Of a stretch of DNA of 64,000 nt, positions 11,701 to 21,861 are shown piece after piece. Location of the stretch: positions 64,001 through 128,000 of the forward strand of contig OZ219791.1 in assembly GCA_964291215.2 (NCBI GenBank), in the 5' to 3' direction. The DNA is from Alphaproteobacteria bacterium. Its GTDB lineage: Bacteria; Pseudomonadota; Alphaproteobacteria; MPNO01; UBA830. Position 1 is the stretch's first letter; the number at the start of each line of letters is the position of its first letter. The position numbers and the translations under genes were made by a program. Under the pieces are notes generated by a model. It was given only the letters and a program-made list of their open reading frames with translations. It was not told where the DNA came from and ran no database searches.

Positions 11701-11851
11701 CATGGTGCCGGGGCTCAAGCTACCTCACCTCCATGGCCGCACTCGGCTACAATCATCACGTCGCAACTCAGATCGCCCTCGACGGAAAAGCCGCAGACAT
11801 CATCAACGAGCACTACGACCAATCAGAACCCAACTAGGGGTGAGTAGATAC
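8738..11851 (+). mobile_element. IS66-family element copy 1 (degenerate), carrying a group II intron
   Basis: IRs GTAACTGCTCACCCC / GTATCTACTCACCCC, 8-bp TSD AGTGGAGC (8730-8737, 11852-11859); fragments GSHLLRELTFVVE, FTNNAGEQKIRMAKVK. Confidence 0.92.
9963..11611 (-). mobile_element. ltrA: Group II intron with degenerate RT/maturase (copy 1)
   Basis: 5' GTGCGCCAGG, 3' CCCTACCGCAAT, DV-like stem; fragments GTPQGAIVSPCLANVYLHY, YADDFVCGF, FDFLG; precise insertion in IS66 without TSD. Confidence 0.92.
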
Positions 11852-13183
11852 AGTGGAGCATCGCAAGGCAGTCCGCGTCGCTGACATCCGCGCTCATATG
11901 GTGCATGCCATACTCAGTATCTCGACTATGGCCTGTTTCTATTTCGCGCTGCGCACCCTGCCCTTGGCCACCGTCACCACGATCAATTTCACAACACCCG
12001 TTTTCGCCCTGCTTCTGGCTCGTCTGTTGTTCAACGAACGTGTGCCAAGGATCGGATGGCTGGCGATGACCATCGGTTTCACCGGAACCCTGATGGTTCT
12101 GCGCCCCAGTGCCGAGGGCATTGGCATTGACGCGCTCGTTGTCCTGGTGGGTTCAACCATCGCCGCCGCCATGAACCTGACGATCCGGCGCATGCCCGCG
12201 CGCAGCACGAATTTCGCCGTCATCTTTTATCTCAGCCTGTTCGGAGCGGTCTTCTATGCCATCGTAGGCGGCCCGACGCTGGAAACCCCGACGCATCCCG
12301 AAGCCCGGTTGTTCCTGGTCCTGGGCCTCGTCGCCCTGGGGGTGCACACCTGCATGGCCTTTGCCTATCGGTTTGCCTCTTCCATGCTGATCGGAGCACT
12401 GGACTACTTGCGTATCATCTGGGCCATCCTTCTTGGATATGTGCTTTTCGCCGAGCAACCGGATCTGATCGACCTCGTCGGGATCGTTTTGATCGTTTCA
12501 AGTGGTTGGATCGTGATGCGGACATCAAGCGCCGTGGCTCGGAAACAGCCGGTCAAGCCAGAAGGAACGCTTTGAACCGTTCCGCCGTAACACGAGCCGC
12601 CTCGGGCGTGCGGATCCCCGGCAGCACCTCGGCCTCGGCACCGGGAAGCAATGCCCGCGCGTCCTCGAAGGCAGGCCGAACCAGATCGTTCTCGGCAAAG
12701 GTGATCATGGTTGGCTGGGTGATCCCTGGCACATGGTCCGCCATCGAATAGCGGAACGCCGCGCGATAGCTTTGGTGATAGGTCTTCAACGCCTTCAGGA
12801 TTTCCACATAACGGGCATATAGAAACTCGGCATCCGGCAGGTCATGCGGCACACCCCGATCCGCCTCTTTCCGGAACCAGGGAAACCAGATGAACTGATC
12901 GCGGCAGAATTGCCAGGCCTGGAAGGCGAAGGCGCCCTGCTGATCGGGGGTCATCTCGGGCGTGTATTTCTTCAGTATCTCGTCCACATCGCCGGGTGCA
13001 TAGACCCCGAAACCATCCAGGATCAACCGCTCAACCCGGTCCGGGATTGTCAGAGCGATCTCGCAGGCGATCCGCGCGCCGGTATGGGTGCCGTAAAGGC
13101 GAAACCGATCCATACCCAACCTGTCGGCAACGCCCATGACGGCCTCGGCATAATCCTCAATCTCCGGTATCTACTCACCCCTA

Positions 13184-14304
13184 GTGTCTTGTCATTCGTC
13201 AAATGTCGGATAAAGGCGTTTGAGTTTCACGCGGGCATCGTCGGTGGTGAATTGCCAATCCACCTTGGCCTGAATGCGGTCGCCTGCCAAGCGGCAACTT
13301 CCCGGCGTAACACCTCGATGCAGTCGATGCGGCGGTTCAGGCGGATCATGACGTTGAGTTCCACCACGTTCAGCCAACTGCCGTGCTTGGGGGTGTAGAC
13401 GAACTCGAAGCGGTCCCACAGGGCCTTGGCCTCGTCCGGCGGGTAGGCCTCGTAGAGGGCGCCGGGGAGTGTTGAGATTGTCCATCACCAGGGTGATGGT
13501 GGTGGCATCCTGGTAGCGCCCGGCGATGTCGGCTAGGAACTGCGCCCAATCGATCTTGCGCTCGGTTACCTTGGTCATGCGCTTGCCGGCCAGGGGTTCC
13601 GTGAAGACGTTGCAGGTACCGCAACGTCGATACTCGTAGTCGTTACGCGCTGGCCGTCCCGGCGCCATGGCGATCGATTGCCGTGTCTCGCCGGTCGGGG
13701 CGTTTCGTCCATGCAGACCACGGGGAAGGCGGCGGGACGGCGATAGACATCGAGCACCTTCGCTGCGGCGAAGTCGGCGTTCCCTTGAGGAGGAATCACC
13801 CACCCGCTGCCATGGCTTGAGGCAGTTTTTTTTAGAACACGCCGCACCGTCTCGTGTGACACGGTGTAACCAAGCTCGACAACGCGGTCGGCCAGCAGCC
13901 GCAACGACCATTGCGCGTAACCCTCAGGCGGTTCACCACAACTCAGGGCCACGCGCCTCGAAGACGCCGTCGGCTTTTCGCATATAGGTAGGACGGCGCC
14001 GGCCACCCAATGCCGCCTCCAGCCCCTCGAAACGCTTCTTTACTCGGTCTACTTTGCGCATGCTGATGCGCAGAATCTCAGCAATGACCTTCCCGGTCAT
14101 CTGGCATTCATTGAACGCGCTCTCGTCGCAGTTAAGCAGGATCAGGGCGTTGATTACCTTTTGCGACAGGTGCGAGCCCTTGATCTCCGAAAGTTCTGCC
14201 CGTTCGTCCAGGGTCACCACGTAGCGTTTCATACTCCGACCTCCATCCCGAATGGACGGACAGTCTAGCACCAAATGTACGACATATCATTGCTGACATA
14301 ACAC
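13184..14304 (-). mobile_element. IS630-family element (type a, degenerate)
   Basis: IRs GTGTCTTGTCA / GTGTTATGTCA, TA duplication in CTAG; fragments VVCMDETP, DYEYRRCGT, ITLVMDNLNT, WQFTTDDARVKLKRLYP. Confidence 0.88.
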
Positions 14305-15829
14305 TAGTTGGGTTCTGATTGGTCGTAGTGCTCGTTGATGATGTCTGCGGCTTTTCCGTCGAGGGCGATCTGGGTGGCGACGAGTGGGTTGTAGCCGAGT
14401 GCGGCCATGGAGGTGAGGTAGCTTGAGCCCCGGCACCATGCTTTTGCGTGGAGCGGAAGCATCTGGACACCTTGACCTTTGCCATCCTGATTTTCTGTTC
14501 TCCGGCATTGTTGGTGAAGCTGACGTCAGGGTCGTCTGTGAAGCGCAGGTTTTCGTGTTTCACGAGACGTTCGTGCAGGTTGTGCGCGTCGGACTTGCGT
14601 CCACGTTTTCCTTTCGGCGGGATATCGGGCAGTTCCCTAGCGCCCTGATGGTGCGGTAGCGCTTGCGCCCGGCGTCGTTCAGGGTCTTGGATGCGCTCTT
14701 GTTGACCTTGTGGCAGACCTCGCGGAGCAGGCTCTTCATCAGTCGCGCGGTAGCCTCGACGACAAAGGTCAGTTCGCGCAGCAGGTGGCTGCCGCACAGC
14801 TGGTGGCTACACTGGCCCATGTACGAGGCCCAGGACGCCCTTGTAGCACGGGCCGATCTCTTGCCTCCCGGCCGCGCTTGCGGTGCGGGAACTTGCACGT
14901 CAGGGTCCCACGACATGGAGCCACTTGCTGTTGATCCGAAATCGTCGACATCGGGCGTTGCAGGAGGTGCGCCACGGCGGCCTCCTCCCATGACGCATCG
15001 TGAAAGCATAGCCGAGGCCTCGGAGAGCTTGATGCCGGAGATCGCCTGCACGAACGCGACGGCGCAGGGACAGCATTTGGGCGACCAGCAGGGACGAGGG
15101 CCTGAATGCCGTACTGCACGGGATGTTGTCGGGGAACCGGCCCCGGGCCTTGCACTTCGGGCATTCCTTGATCTCGGCGCGGCGCTCGACGACCTCGAAC
15201 ACAATGTCGTGCGGCGCTCCCGATCGACGGGGCCGTCGATGTCGGCGCCGCAGGCGTCGCAGGCCGCGACCGTCTCCTCGACGATGGCAGGTTGTCGCCC
15301 ATCTGCCGGTTCGGCTTCGGGCCCTTGCTCCCGGCACGCTCTTGTCCGTCTGTGACGGCGGCAGACCGGAGTTCCGGCTCGTGCGTGGTCTTCTCCAGAA
15401 GGACGACGATGATGATGTCGAGCAGGATGACGAGGACGCGGATCACGGCCTCTTTCGGCACCTTGCCGGCAGCGCCGCGGTCCGGGTCTTGGCCGCTTCG
15501 AACTCCTCGCGCGCCGCCCGTCGCCATCACCCGGCCTCGACGGTCATGATCGTCGCGAGCATCGCTTGGCGCTCGCCCGGCGGCATCTTCCGGTACTCCG
15601 CCTTGCGCTTCATCAGCACGCCGCTTCCGAGATGCGTTTCCACATACAGATCATGCGGGGGCTGGAGCCCCGGAAGCAGCTGGCACAGCCCGCTCGTCGC
15701 CTTCGATCCAAAGTAGCCCACTGGCGGTCCCCGTCGTTCTCGATTACCACCACTAAACGAATCGGCCTGCAGTGTCAAATCTCCACGAAAACCCGTTCAT
15801 TACTCTACCCCGACATCAAGCCGGAACTA

Positions 15830-16663
15830 GGTTGTGGACTCAAATAATTGGTTTGCGATTCTGCGGAGCAAGAATCGGCTGGCAGCCAGTTGCACGGCGG
15901 AGAGGAAGTTCCTTGTCATAACGGGTGGCGACCCGTCGGAACTCCTTGATCTTGCCGAAGAACCGCTCGACCAGGTTGCGCATCCTGTAGATCTCGCGGT
16001 CAAGCGGCCGGGGCGATGTCCGGTTGGATTTTGACGGAATGACCGCGGTTGCTCCTGCCATCTCGATCAGATGGCGTCGGTGTCGTAGGCCTTGTCGCCG
16101 ACCACCGTCTCGCTCGAGGTCGGCGAGAAGCGCCTGCGCGCAGTCGGCCGCCTGGCCCGGGGTCAGGAACACGGTTTTCACCCTCTCGTTCTCGCCAAGA
16201 TGGACCTTCGTCGTTCGTCCGCCACGGCTCACTGCGAAGGCTCGTCGTCCCGGGACGCCCCGGCTTGTGAACGCGCACCGACGAGGAGTCCACCATGCGC
16301 AGGTGAACCGAGCGAGCCATCGTCGCTCCCGTCATCATCGCTCGTAAGCCTTTGAAGCTTCTCCATGCCCAGGTGCCGTTCTTGCTCCACCGGTTGAAGC
16401 GGTTGAAGCAGACGGACCGTACCGCTCCGGCAGATCGCGCCACGGCGTACCGGTGCGAAGCACGAAGAATATCCCGTTCATGACCCTCCGGTCATGCACC
16501 CGCTCCGGGCCCTGGTGCTTGTCGGGAAGCACCGAGCGGAGAACCTCCCATTCCGCGTCGCTCATGTCGTGTCGGTCGCCGCTCATCCTTCACTCTCCTT
16601 GTGGATCGCTTTTGACAAGACATGGCAAATCGTGCAAAAATGTCAACATTTGGGTACACACCC
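15830..16663 (-). mobile_element. IS5-family element (IS427/IS1031-like, degenerate)
   Basis: IRs GGTTGTGGACTCAAA / GGGTGTGTACCCAAA, CTAG at both ends; GIFFVLRTGTPWRDLPERYG, RNLVERFFGKIKEFRRVATRYDK. Confidence 0.88.
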
Positions 16664-16899
16664 TAGGGGGTGAGCAGTTACAATCTCCGGTTGATCCCCA
16701 ACAGGCGGCATGGAATCGCCATTGCCCATCGTGTCGGGCGCGATGACATGGAAGGACTTGGCCATCTCGGAAATCAGCGGTTCAAGCTGTCGGGACGACC
16801 CCGGCGAGGCATGAAGCAACAGAAGCGGCGGCGCATCTTTCGTGCCCGTATATCGGTAATAGATCTGCCCTCGCTCGAAATCGACGAAGCCGCGCCGGA

Positions 16900-18294
16900 T
16901 CATGGTTTTTCTCCCGCAATGCGATTGAACTCCGGTGTGGCCATTTCATAGGCATGGGCAACCCGCAGCACATCGGCATCGCCAAAGTGCCGCCCGGTTA
17001 TTTGAATGCCCATCGGCATTCCAGCCTTCGAAACTTTGGACCTAACCGATGCTGCCGGAACGCCTGCAACATTGGCCGGAGCCGTGATCAGCGGCGTTTC
17101 CAGGAAATAGAACGGCTTGATCGCATTCACCGGAGGCGGGTCGCCAAGAGCGGCCGGATAGACCAACACGTCAACCTCGGCCATGACCGCTGCCGTCGCG
17201 CGCGCCAGTTCCCGACGCTTTTTCTGGGCGTGGATGTAGTGCTCGGCCCGAATGAACGCCCCCAGTGTGATCCGCGTCCGCGTCAGTTCCGATACGTCAG
17301 AGGCTCGGGCACGGAAATCCTCTCCATGGATCGCAAAGGCCTCGGACATCATGATGGTCGAGTTGCAGATCGTTATTTCCCAGATGTCAGGGAGCGTCAC
17401 CTCGCGCACCTCGGCCCCGAGTTCCGCCATCACCTGCAAGGCAGCCTCGGTCGCCGCGCGCTGCTCGGTGTCAACGGCGGGGTCCTCGGCGAAGGCGCGG
17501 ACATATCCCATGCGCAGACCCGAAAGGTCCTCGGTCAGCGCCGCGGCGGTGGTGGTGGGTCCAGCGGCAACGCTGGACGCGTCGCCCGAATCGTGGCCCG
17601 CGATGACATCCAGCAAAAGCGCGCAGTCCCGGCTCGTGCGCGCCATCGGGCCTGCATGATCCAGCGACTCCGAAAGTGGGAACAAGCCAGACAGGCTGAC
17701 CAGCCCATAAGTCGGCTTGATTCCAGCCACGCCGCAAAAGGTCGCCGGAATGCGGATCGATCCGCCGGTGTCCGAGCCAAGCGCGCCGGGGATCATCCCA
17801 GTCGCTAGGGCCACGCCCGCGCCCGAAGACGACCCACCGGCATAGCGCGACGGATCCCAAGGGTTCAGCGCGTACGGAACAAGCCCGTCTTCCGATGGGG
17901 CGCCCAGGCACAATTCGGTGCATTCCAGTTTGCCCAACAGAACAGCCCCCGCCGCCTGCAGTCGGCCCCAGGCAGCGGCGTCCTTTTCGGGCACCCGGTC
18001 GCCATGCAATCGCGAACAAACTGTCGTCGGGATACCCGCCGTGTCATAAGCGTCCTTCAGGGCAACCGGAACCCCGTGAAGCGGCCCGCGGCGATGCCCC
18101 GCCGCGATCTCGGCATCCACGGCACGAGCCACGGCGCGGGCAAGATCGAAGGTCGGATGCACGAAAGCGTGGTAGGTCGCGTCAAGCTGTTCGATCCGTG
18201 CGATATGCGCCTCGGTCAGTTCCAAGGCGCACACCTCTTTCGCCTGAAGAAGGCCCGACATCTCGAACAGCGAGATTTCTGTTAACTCCCCCAT
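16900..18294 (-). CDS. Amidase (amidase-signature family)
   Basis: GPLHGVPVALKD, GGSSSG, GSDTGGSIRIP; start placed at ATG 18294 (MGELTE). Confidence 0.92.
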   Translation of the reverse strand: MGELTEISLFEMSGLLQAKEVCALELTEAHIARIEQLDATYHAFVHPTFDLARAVARAVDAEIAAGHRRGPLHGVPVALKDAYDTAGIPTTVCSRLHGDRVPEKDAAAWGRLQAAGAVLLGKLECTELCLGAPSEDGLVPYALNPWDPSRYAGGSSSGAGVALATGMIPGALGSDTGGSIRIPATFCGVAGIKPTYGLVSLSGLFPLSESLDHAGPMARTSRDCALLLDVIAGHDSGDASSVAAGPTTTAAALTEDLSGLRMGYVRAFAEDPAVDTEQRAATEAALQVMAELGAEVREVTLPDIWEITICNSTIMMSEAFAIHGEDFRARASDVSELTRTRITLGAFIRAEHYIHAQKKRRELARATAAVMAEVDVLVYPAALGDPPPVNAIKPFYFLETPLITAPANVAGVPAASVRSKVSKAGMPMGIQITGRHFGDADVLRVAHAYEMATPEFNRIAGEKP

Positions 18295-18476
18295 CAGAGC
18301 GGCTTCCGAGGATCGAAGACCGGCAAGGCCGGCGCCTCCGCACGCGGCTTGCCCGTTTCCAGATGATTGAACAGGTCGTTCAGCCGCTGATAGGCTGCGC
18401 ACAACGCATCCACATCATGATCGTTCGGATCAAGACCGATCTGTCGCATCCGGGCTAGGAACTCATCCTCGCTCAT
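18294..18476 (-). CDS. Small 60-aa protein, possible amidase accessory subunit (GatC/AtzG-like)
   Basis: MSEDEFLARM...EAPALPVFDP; coupled to both neighbours; RBS GAGG. Confidence 0.5.
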   Translation of the reverse strand: MSEDEFLARMRQIGLDPNDHDVDALCAAYQRLNDLFNHLETGKPRAEAPALPVFDPRKPL

Positions 18477-19189
18477 GGCAACCTCTTTTGCAAAAACGGG
18501 CGCGTCCGGGCAGCCTTCTGCGCCAACTGCCGCCAGCGCATTTCGACAACGCGCTCGCTGGCCAGAAAGTCCCGCGCCTGCTCGGCATGGGGCCCCTCCA
18601 GCGACACCACCTTGCCCACCGCCATGGCCGCAAGCTGGATCGCGCAATTTTCTTCATAGATCACGGCGGCGCAAACTGCCTCTTGCAGATCACGCCCCAC
18701 GGCGACGATCCCGTGATTGCGCAGCGCCAGCACCCGTCCGTCGCCCAAAGCCTCGGCCATGCGCGTTCCAACTTCGGCATCCTCAATGATGCCATCGTAA
18801 CGGTCATAAGACCGAACGCCATCAAGCAGCATCAGGGCGCTTTGATACACCGGTTGAAAATCGGCTCCTGCCGCGCCAAGCGCGAGCGCATGAAACCCGT
18901 GGGTATGCACCACCACTCCGATGTCACTTCGTGCGCGGTAGAGCGACACGTGAAAGGCCAAGGACGGGCTGACGCGATCCTCGCTCCCGGTTTCCAGGTC
19001 GAAATCCGCTTCAAGAATGTCCCCCGCACGCACCTCGTCGAAGGCAAGCCCATAGCGATGGCCATGCAACCGTTCGGCCCCCGGAATCCGGGCCGTGATA
19101 TGCCCCGCGATCCCGCTGTTTTGGCCTTCCTCGTCAAGAATGTGAAAGCCGATCAGCAGGTCGGCGCGCAGCCGATCAACGCCGTCCAT
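18473..19189 (-). CDS. Class II aldolase/adducin family protein
   Basis: GHITAR, FHVSLYRARSD, VVHTH, LRNHG. Confidence 0.88.
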   Translation of the reverse strand: MDGVDRLRADLLIGFHILDEEGQNSGIAGHITARIPGAERLHGHRYGLAFDEVRAGDILEADFDLETGSEDRVSPSLAFHVSLYRARSDIGVVVHTHGFHALALGAAGADFQPVYQSALMLLDGVRSYDRYDGIIEDAEVGTRMAEALGDGRVLALRNHGIVAVGRDLQEAVCAAVIYEENCAIQLAAMAVGKVVSLEGPHAEQARDFLASERVVEMRWRQLAQKAARTRPFLQKRLP

Positions 19190-19201
19190 AAGCCCCCCTT
19201 T

Positions 19202-19819
19202 CTAGCTCTCCCTACGCAATTCATCCGCCGCTTCGGCACAGGTAACGACCCGGCAAATGCTGCCAAGATCGGCAACGCTCGCCTCATGCGTCTCACGTTT
19301 GAAGGCCGCGCAACCGTCACTTAACAGCGTAATGCGGAAATCGCGCACATGCGCATCGCGCAGGGCCGAGGCGACACCGCCATTGGTGACGATCCCGCAG
19401 ATATAGAGCGCCTCAACTCCCGCCTTTTTCAAAACCCATTCCATCCGGGTCATGAAAAACGCCGAATAGGCAACCTTTTCCACTGAAATATCAGCCGGTT
19501 GCAATTCATCGACCAGAGCGTTCCCCCAACTTCCCGGCGCGAAATCGCCCTTGGTCAGGAAGGGCCGCAGTTTTTTCAAATGGGGCGAGATGAAGGGCTC
19601 GCCCCCCTTCCCTGGCACCAGCGTGAACTGGGTAGAAACCACCCAGCCACCTGCCGCCCGAATAGCCTCGGCCACCGGCAGCACACGTTCGGGCAAGGCG
19701 GCGATGTCGGGGCTGGACTGACCGCCTCGGGCATAGGCGCCATCAGCGTGCAAAAAGTCGTTCTGCAAATCGACGATCAAGAGCGCCGTCTTTGCCGCCT
19801 CTGTCCCATCCCAAGCCAT
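19202..19819 (-). CDS. Cysteine hydrolase / isochorismatase family protein
   Basis: ALLIVDLQNDF, EKVAYSAF, GIVTNGGV (Gly at usual catalytic Cys position), LSDGCA. Confidence 0.85.
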   Translation of the reverse strand: MAWDGTEAAKTALLIVDLQNDFLHADGAYARGGQSSPDIAALPERVLPVAEAIRAAGGWVVSTQFTLVPGKGGEPFISPHLKKLRPFLTKGDFAPGSWGNALVDELQPADISVEKVAYSAFFMTRMEWVLKKAGVEALYICGIVTNGGVASALRDAHVRDFRITLLSDGCAAFKRETHEASVADLGSICRVVTCAEAADELRRES

Positions 19820-19821
19820 GC

Positions 19822-21861
19822 CTATCCTTTCGTGATGATCAGATTTCCAGAGCGGTCCACCTCGCCCGAAAGACCGGGATCGATGAAAATCGTAGTGTCC
19901 GATTGCTCCAGAAGGGCCGGTCCCTCGATCCGCTCGCCCGCAGCAATTGCCAGACGTTCATAGACCGGCGCTTCGTGCCAGCCGCCCCCAGCATAAAGTC
20001 GGCGTGTGCCGGTGCGGCAATCCTCGCCCGCCTTCCCGCCCTCGGCCACAAGAAGCGCCATGTCGAGCGTGGGCCGCCGTCCGATCACCGCAACGCGGTG
20101 GTTCATAACACGGCGCGGGATGTCATCAAGCAACCGCCCGTAGGAGGCGCGATAGGCCGCGTCAAAGGCCGCGGTGATACTGTCGCGGTCGATCCGGCCC
20201 GCTTCGACCGGCACACTGACGGTGTGGGTCTGGCCGACATACAGCATGTCGAACTCGACCTCGATATCGATCCCTGAGAAACTGACGCCCGAAGCACGAA
20301 TTAGCTCTGTCGCCGCCTCGGCGGTCTGTCCGATCTCATCCGAGAGAGCGTCCATGTCGATCTCGTCCAAAAGACGGTTCACGGTCTGAACCCGGTCGTG
20401 CCGCATATCCGCTACGACACATCCCAAAGCTGAGGTCACCCCCGGATAGCGCGGCACCAGCGCAGACCGCAGCCCGACCTCTTCGATCAGCGCGCCGGTG
20501 TGCAGGGCACCGCCACCGCCAAAGGGCATGGCCGAGAACTTGCCGGGATCGTGGCCGCGTTCGATGGACACCAGTCGGATCGCGCCCGCCATCTTGGCGT
20601 TGGCGACGCGCAAAACCGCTTCGGCGGCATCCTCTGCCGACAAGCCAAGGGGACCACCCACCTCGGCCTCGATGGCCGCCCGCGCCGCTGCAATATCAAG
20701 TGCGTCGAGCTTGCCGCCGATGGGCCGGTCGGGATTGATCCGGCCAAGCACCAGATTGGCATCGGTCACCGTGGGCCTTGTGTTACCCAGCCCGTAACAG
20801 ACCGGCCCCGGATCTGAGCCTGCCGATTCCGGGCCAATCTGCAACAATCCGCTGGCGTCCACATGGGCGATCGAGCCGCCGCCCGCCCCGATCGTCGTGA
20901 TCTCGATCATCGGGGTCCGCACCACCATGCCGAAGTCTATGGCGGTCTGCGCGGCCAGCGCCGCCTCGCCATCCGCTACAAGCGAGACGTCAAAGGACGT
21001 GCCGCCCATGTCGCAGGTGATGATGTTTTCCAACCCGGCCGCCGAGGCAATGGCGCGCGCCGCAATTACGCCGGCGGCCGGACCGGACAAAGCCGTGCGC
21101 ACGGGGTAGCGCTTGGCCACATCAATCGCCATCACGCCGCCGTTAGACTGCACAATCAGGACATCACCGTTGAAATCCCGCGCGCCAAGCCCCTCTTCCA
21201 ACCCGTCGAGATAAGACGAAACCACAGGCTGCAGACAGGCGTTGAGCGTCGCGGTCGACAGCCGCTCGAACTCCCGTATCTCAGGCAGTATCTCGGTTGC
21301 CGCCGTCACATAGGTATTGGGCCAGACGCTGCGCACGGCTTCCACTGCGATCTTCTCGTTCGCATCGTTGGCATAGCCGTTGATGAAGAAGACACAGACG
21401 GCCTCGCAACCTGCCTCAGACAACTTCCGCGCCTTTGCCGCAACCTCTTCCGGGTCCACCGGCGCGCGCAAGGTACCGTCCGCCAAGACCCGTTCGGTCA
21501 CCTCCAGCCGCCGGTTGCGTGGCACGACCGGTTCAAACGCCCCCCGAAGCCCCCAGGTGGTCGGCCGGTCGCGGCGGCGCATCTCAAGCACGTCTGCAAA
21601 ACCTTCGGTTGTGATGATCCCCGTGGGCGCACCCTTCCTTTCCAGAAGCGCGTTCGTGCCCACGGTCGTTCCGTGAATGACAGTCCCTATTTCGCTGAAA
21701 TCAGGCACCTTTTGCTCGATGCCCTCGACAAACCCCCGCGACTGGTCGCCCCGGGTGGAGGGCACCTTGTTCACCAGTATCCGCTTCGAGGCCTCATCCA
21801 GGATGAACACATCCGTAAAGGTTCCGCCCACATCGACACCGATCACATAGCCCGCACTCAC
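19822..21861 (-). CDS. Hydantoinase A / 5-oxoprolinase family subunit
   Basis: GVDVGGTFTD, HGTTVGTN, SGPAAGV, DMGGTSFD, GAGGGSIA. Confidence 0.93.
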   Translation of the reverse strand: MSAGYVIGVDVGGTFTDVFILDEASKRILVNKVPSTRGDQSRGFVEGIEQKVPDFSEIGTVIHGTTVGTNALLERKGAPTGIITTEGFADVLEMRRRDRPTTWGLRGAFEPVVPRNRRLEVTERVLADGTLRAPVDPEEVAAKARKLSEAGCEAVCVFFINGYANDANEKIAVEAVRSVWPNTYVTAATEILPEIREFERLSTATLNACLQPVVSSYLDGLEEGLGARDFNGDVLIVQSNGGVMAIDVAKRYPVRTALSGPAAGVIAARAIASAAGLENIITCDMGGTSFDVSLVADGEAALAAQTAIDFGMVVRTPMIEITTIGAGGGSIAHVDASGLLQIGPESAGSDPGPVCYGLGNTRPTVTDANLVLGRINPDRPIGGKLDALDIAAARAAIEAEVGGPLGLSAEDAAEAVLRVANAKMAGAIRLVSIERGHDPGKFSAMPFGGGGALHTGALIEEVGLRSALVPRYPGVTSALGCVVADMRHDRVQTVNRLLDEIDMDALSDEIGQTAEAATELIRASGVSFSGIDIEVEFDMLYVGQTHTVSVPVEAGRIDRDSITAAFDAAYRASYGRLLDDIPRRVMNHRVAVIGRRPTLDMALLVAEGGKAGEDCRTGTRRLYAGGGWHEAPVYERLAIAAGERIEGPALLEQSDTTIFIDPGLSGEVDRSGNLIITKG

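Larger units (their letters stand above)
8539..12575 (+). pseudogene. DMT/EamA family transporter split by IS66 copy 1
   Basis: Removing 8738-11859 restores in-frame LIKVEHRKAVRV; 3' part has typical EamA helices. Confidence 0.88.
13167..16681 (-). mobile_element. IS66-family element copy 2 (degenerate) with two nested IS
   Basis: Same IRs as copy 1; 8-bp TSD AATCTCCG (13159-13166, 16682-16689). Confidence 0.92.
12553..16903 (-). pseudogene. Alpha/beta hydrolase split by IS66 copy 2
   Basis: N-part PPLLLLHASPGSS...IAPDTMGNGDS (16682-16903) rejoins C-part LYGTHTGA...RLILDG (12553-13158) across the TSD. Confidence 0.85.

Noticed and set aside
8746-16600. Many 60-290 aa ORFs over IS66/intron/IS630/IS5 regions (also 27.7-33.4 kb and 58.6-64 kb)
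   Set aside because: Frameshift mosaics or antisense shadows of degenerate transposases/RTs, not independent genes
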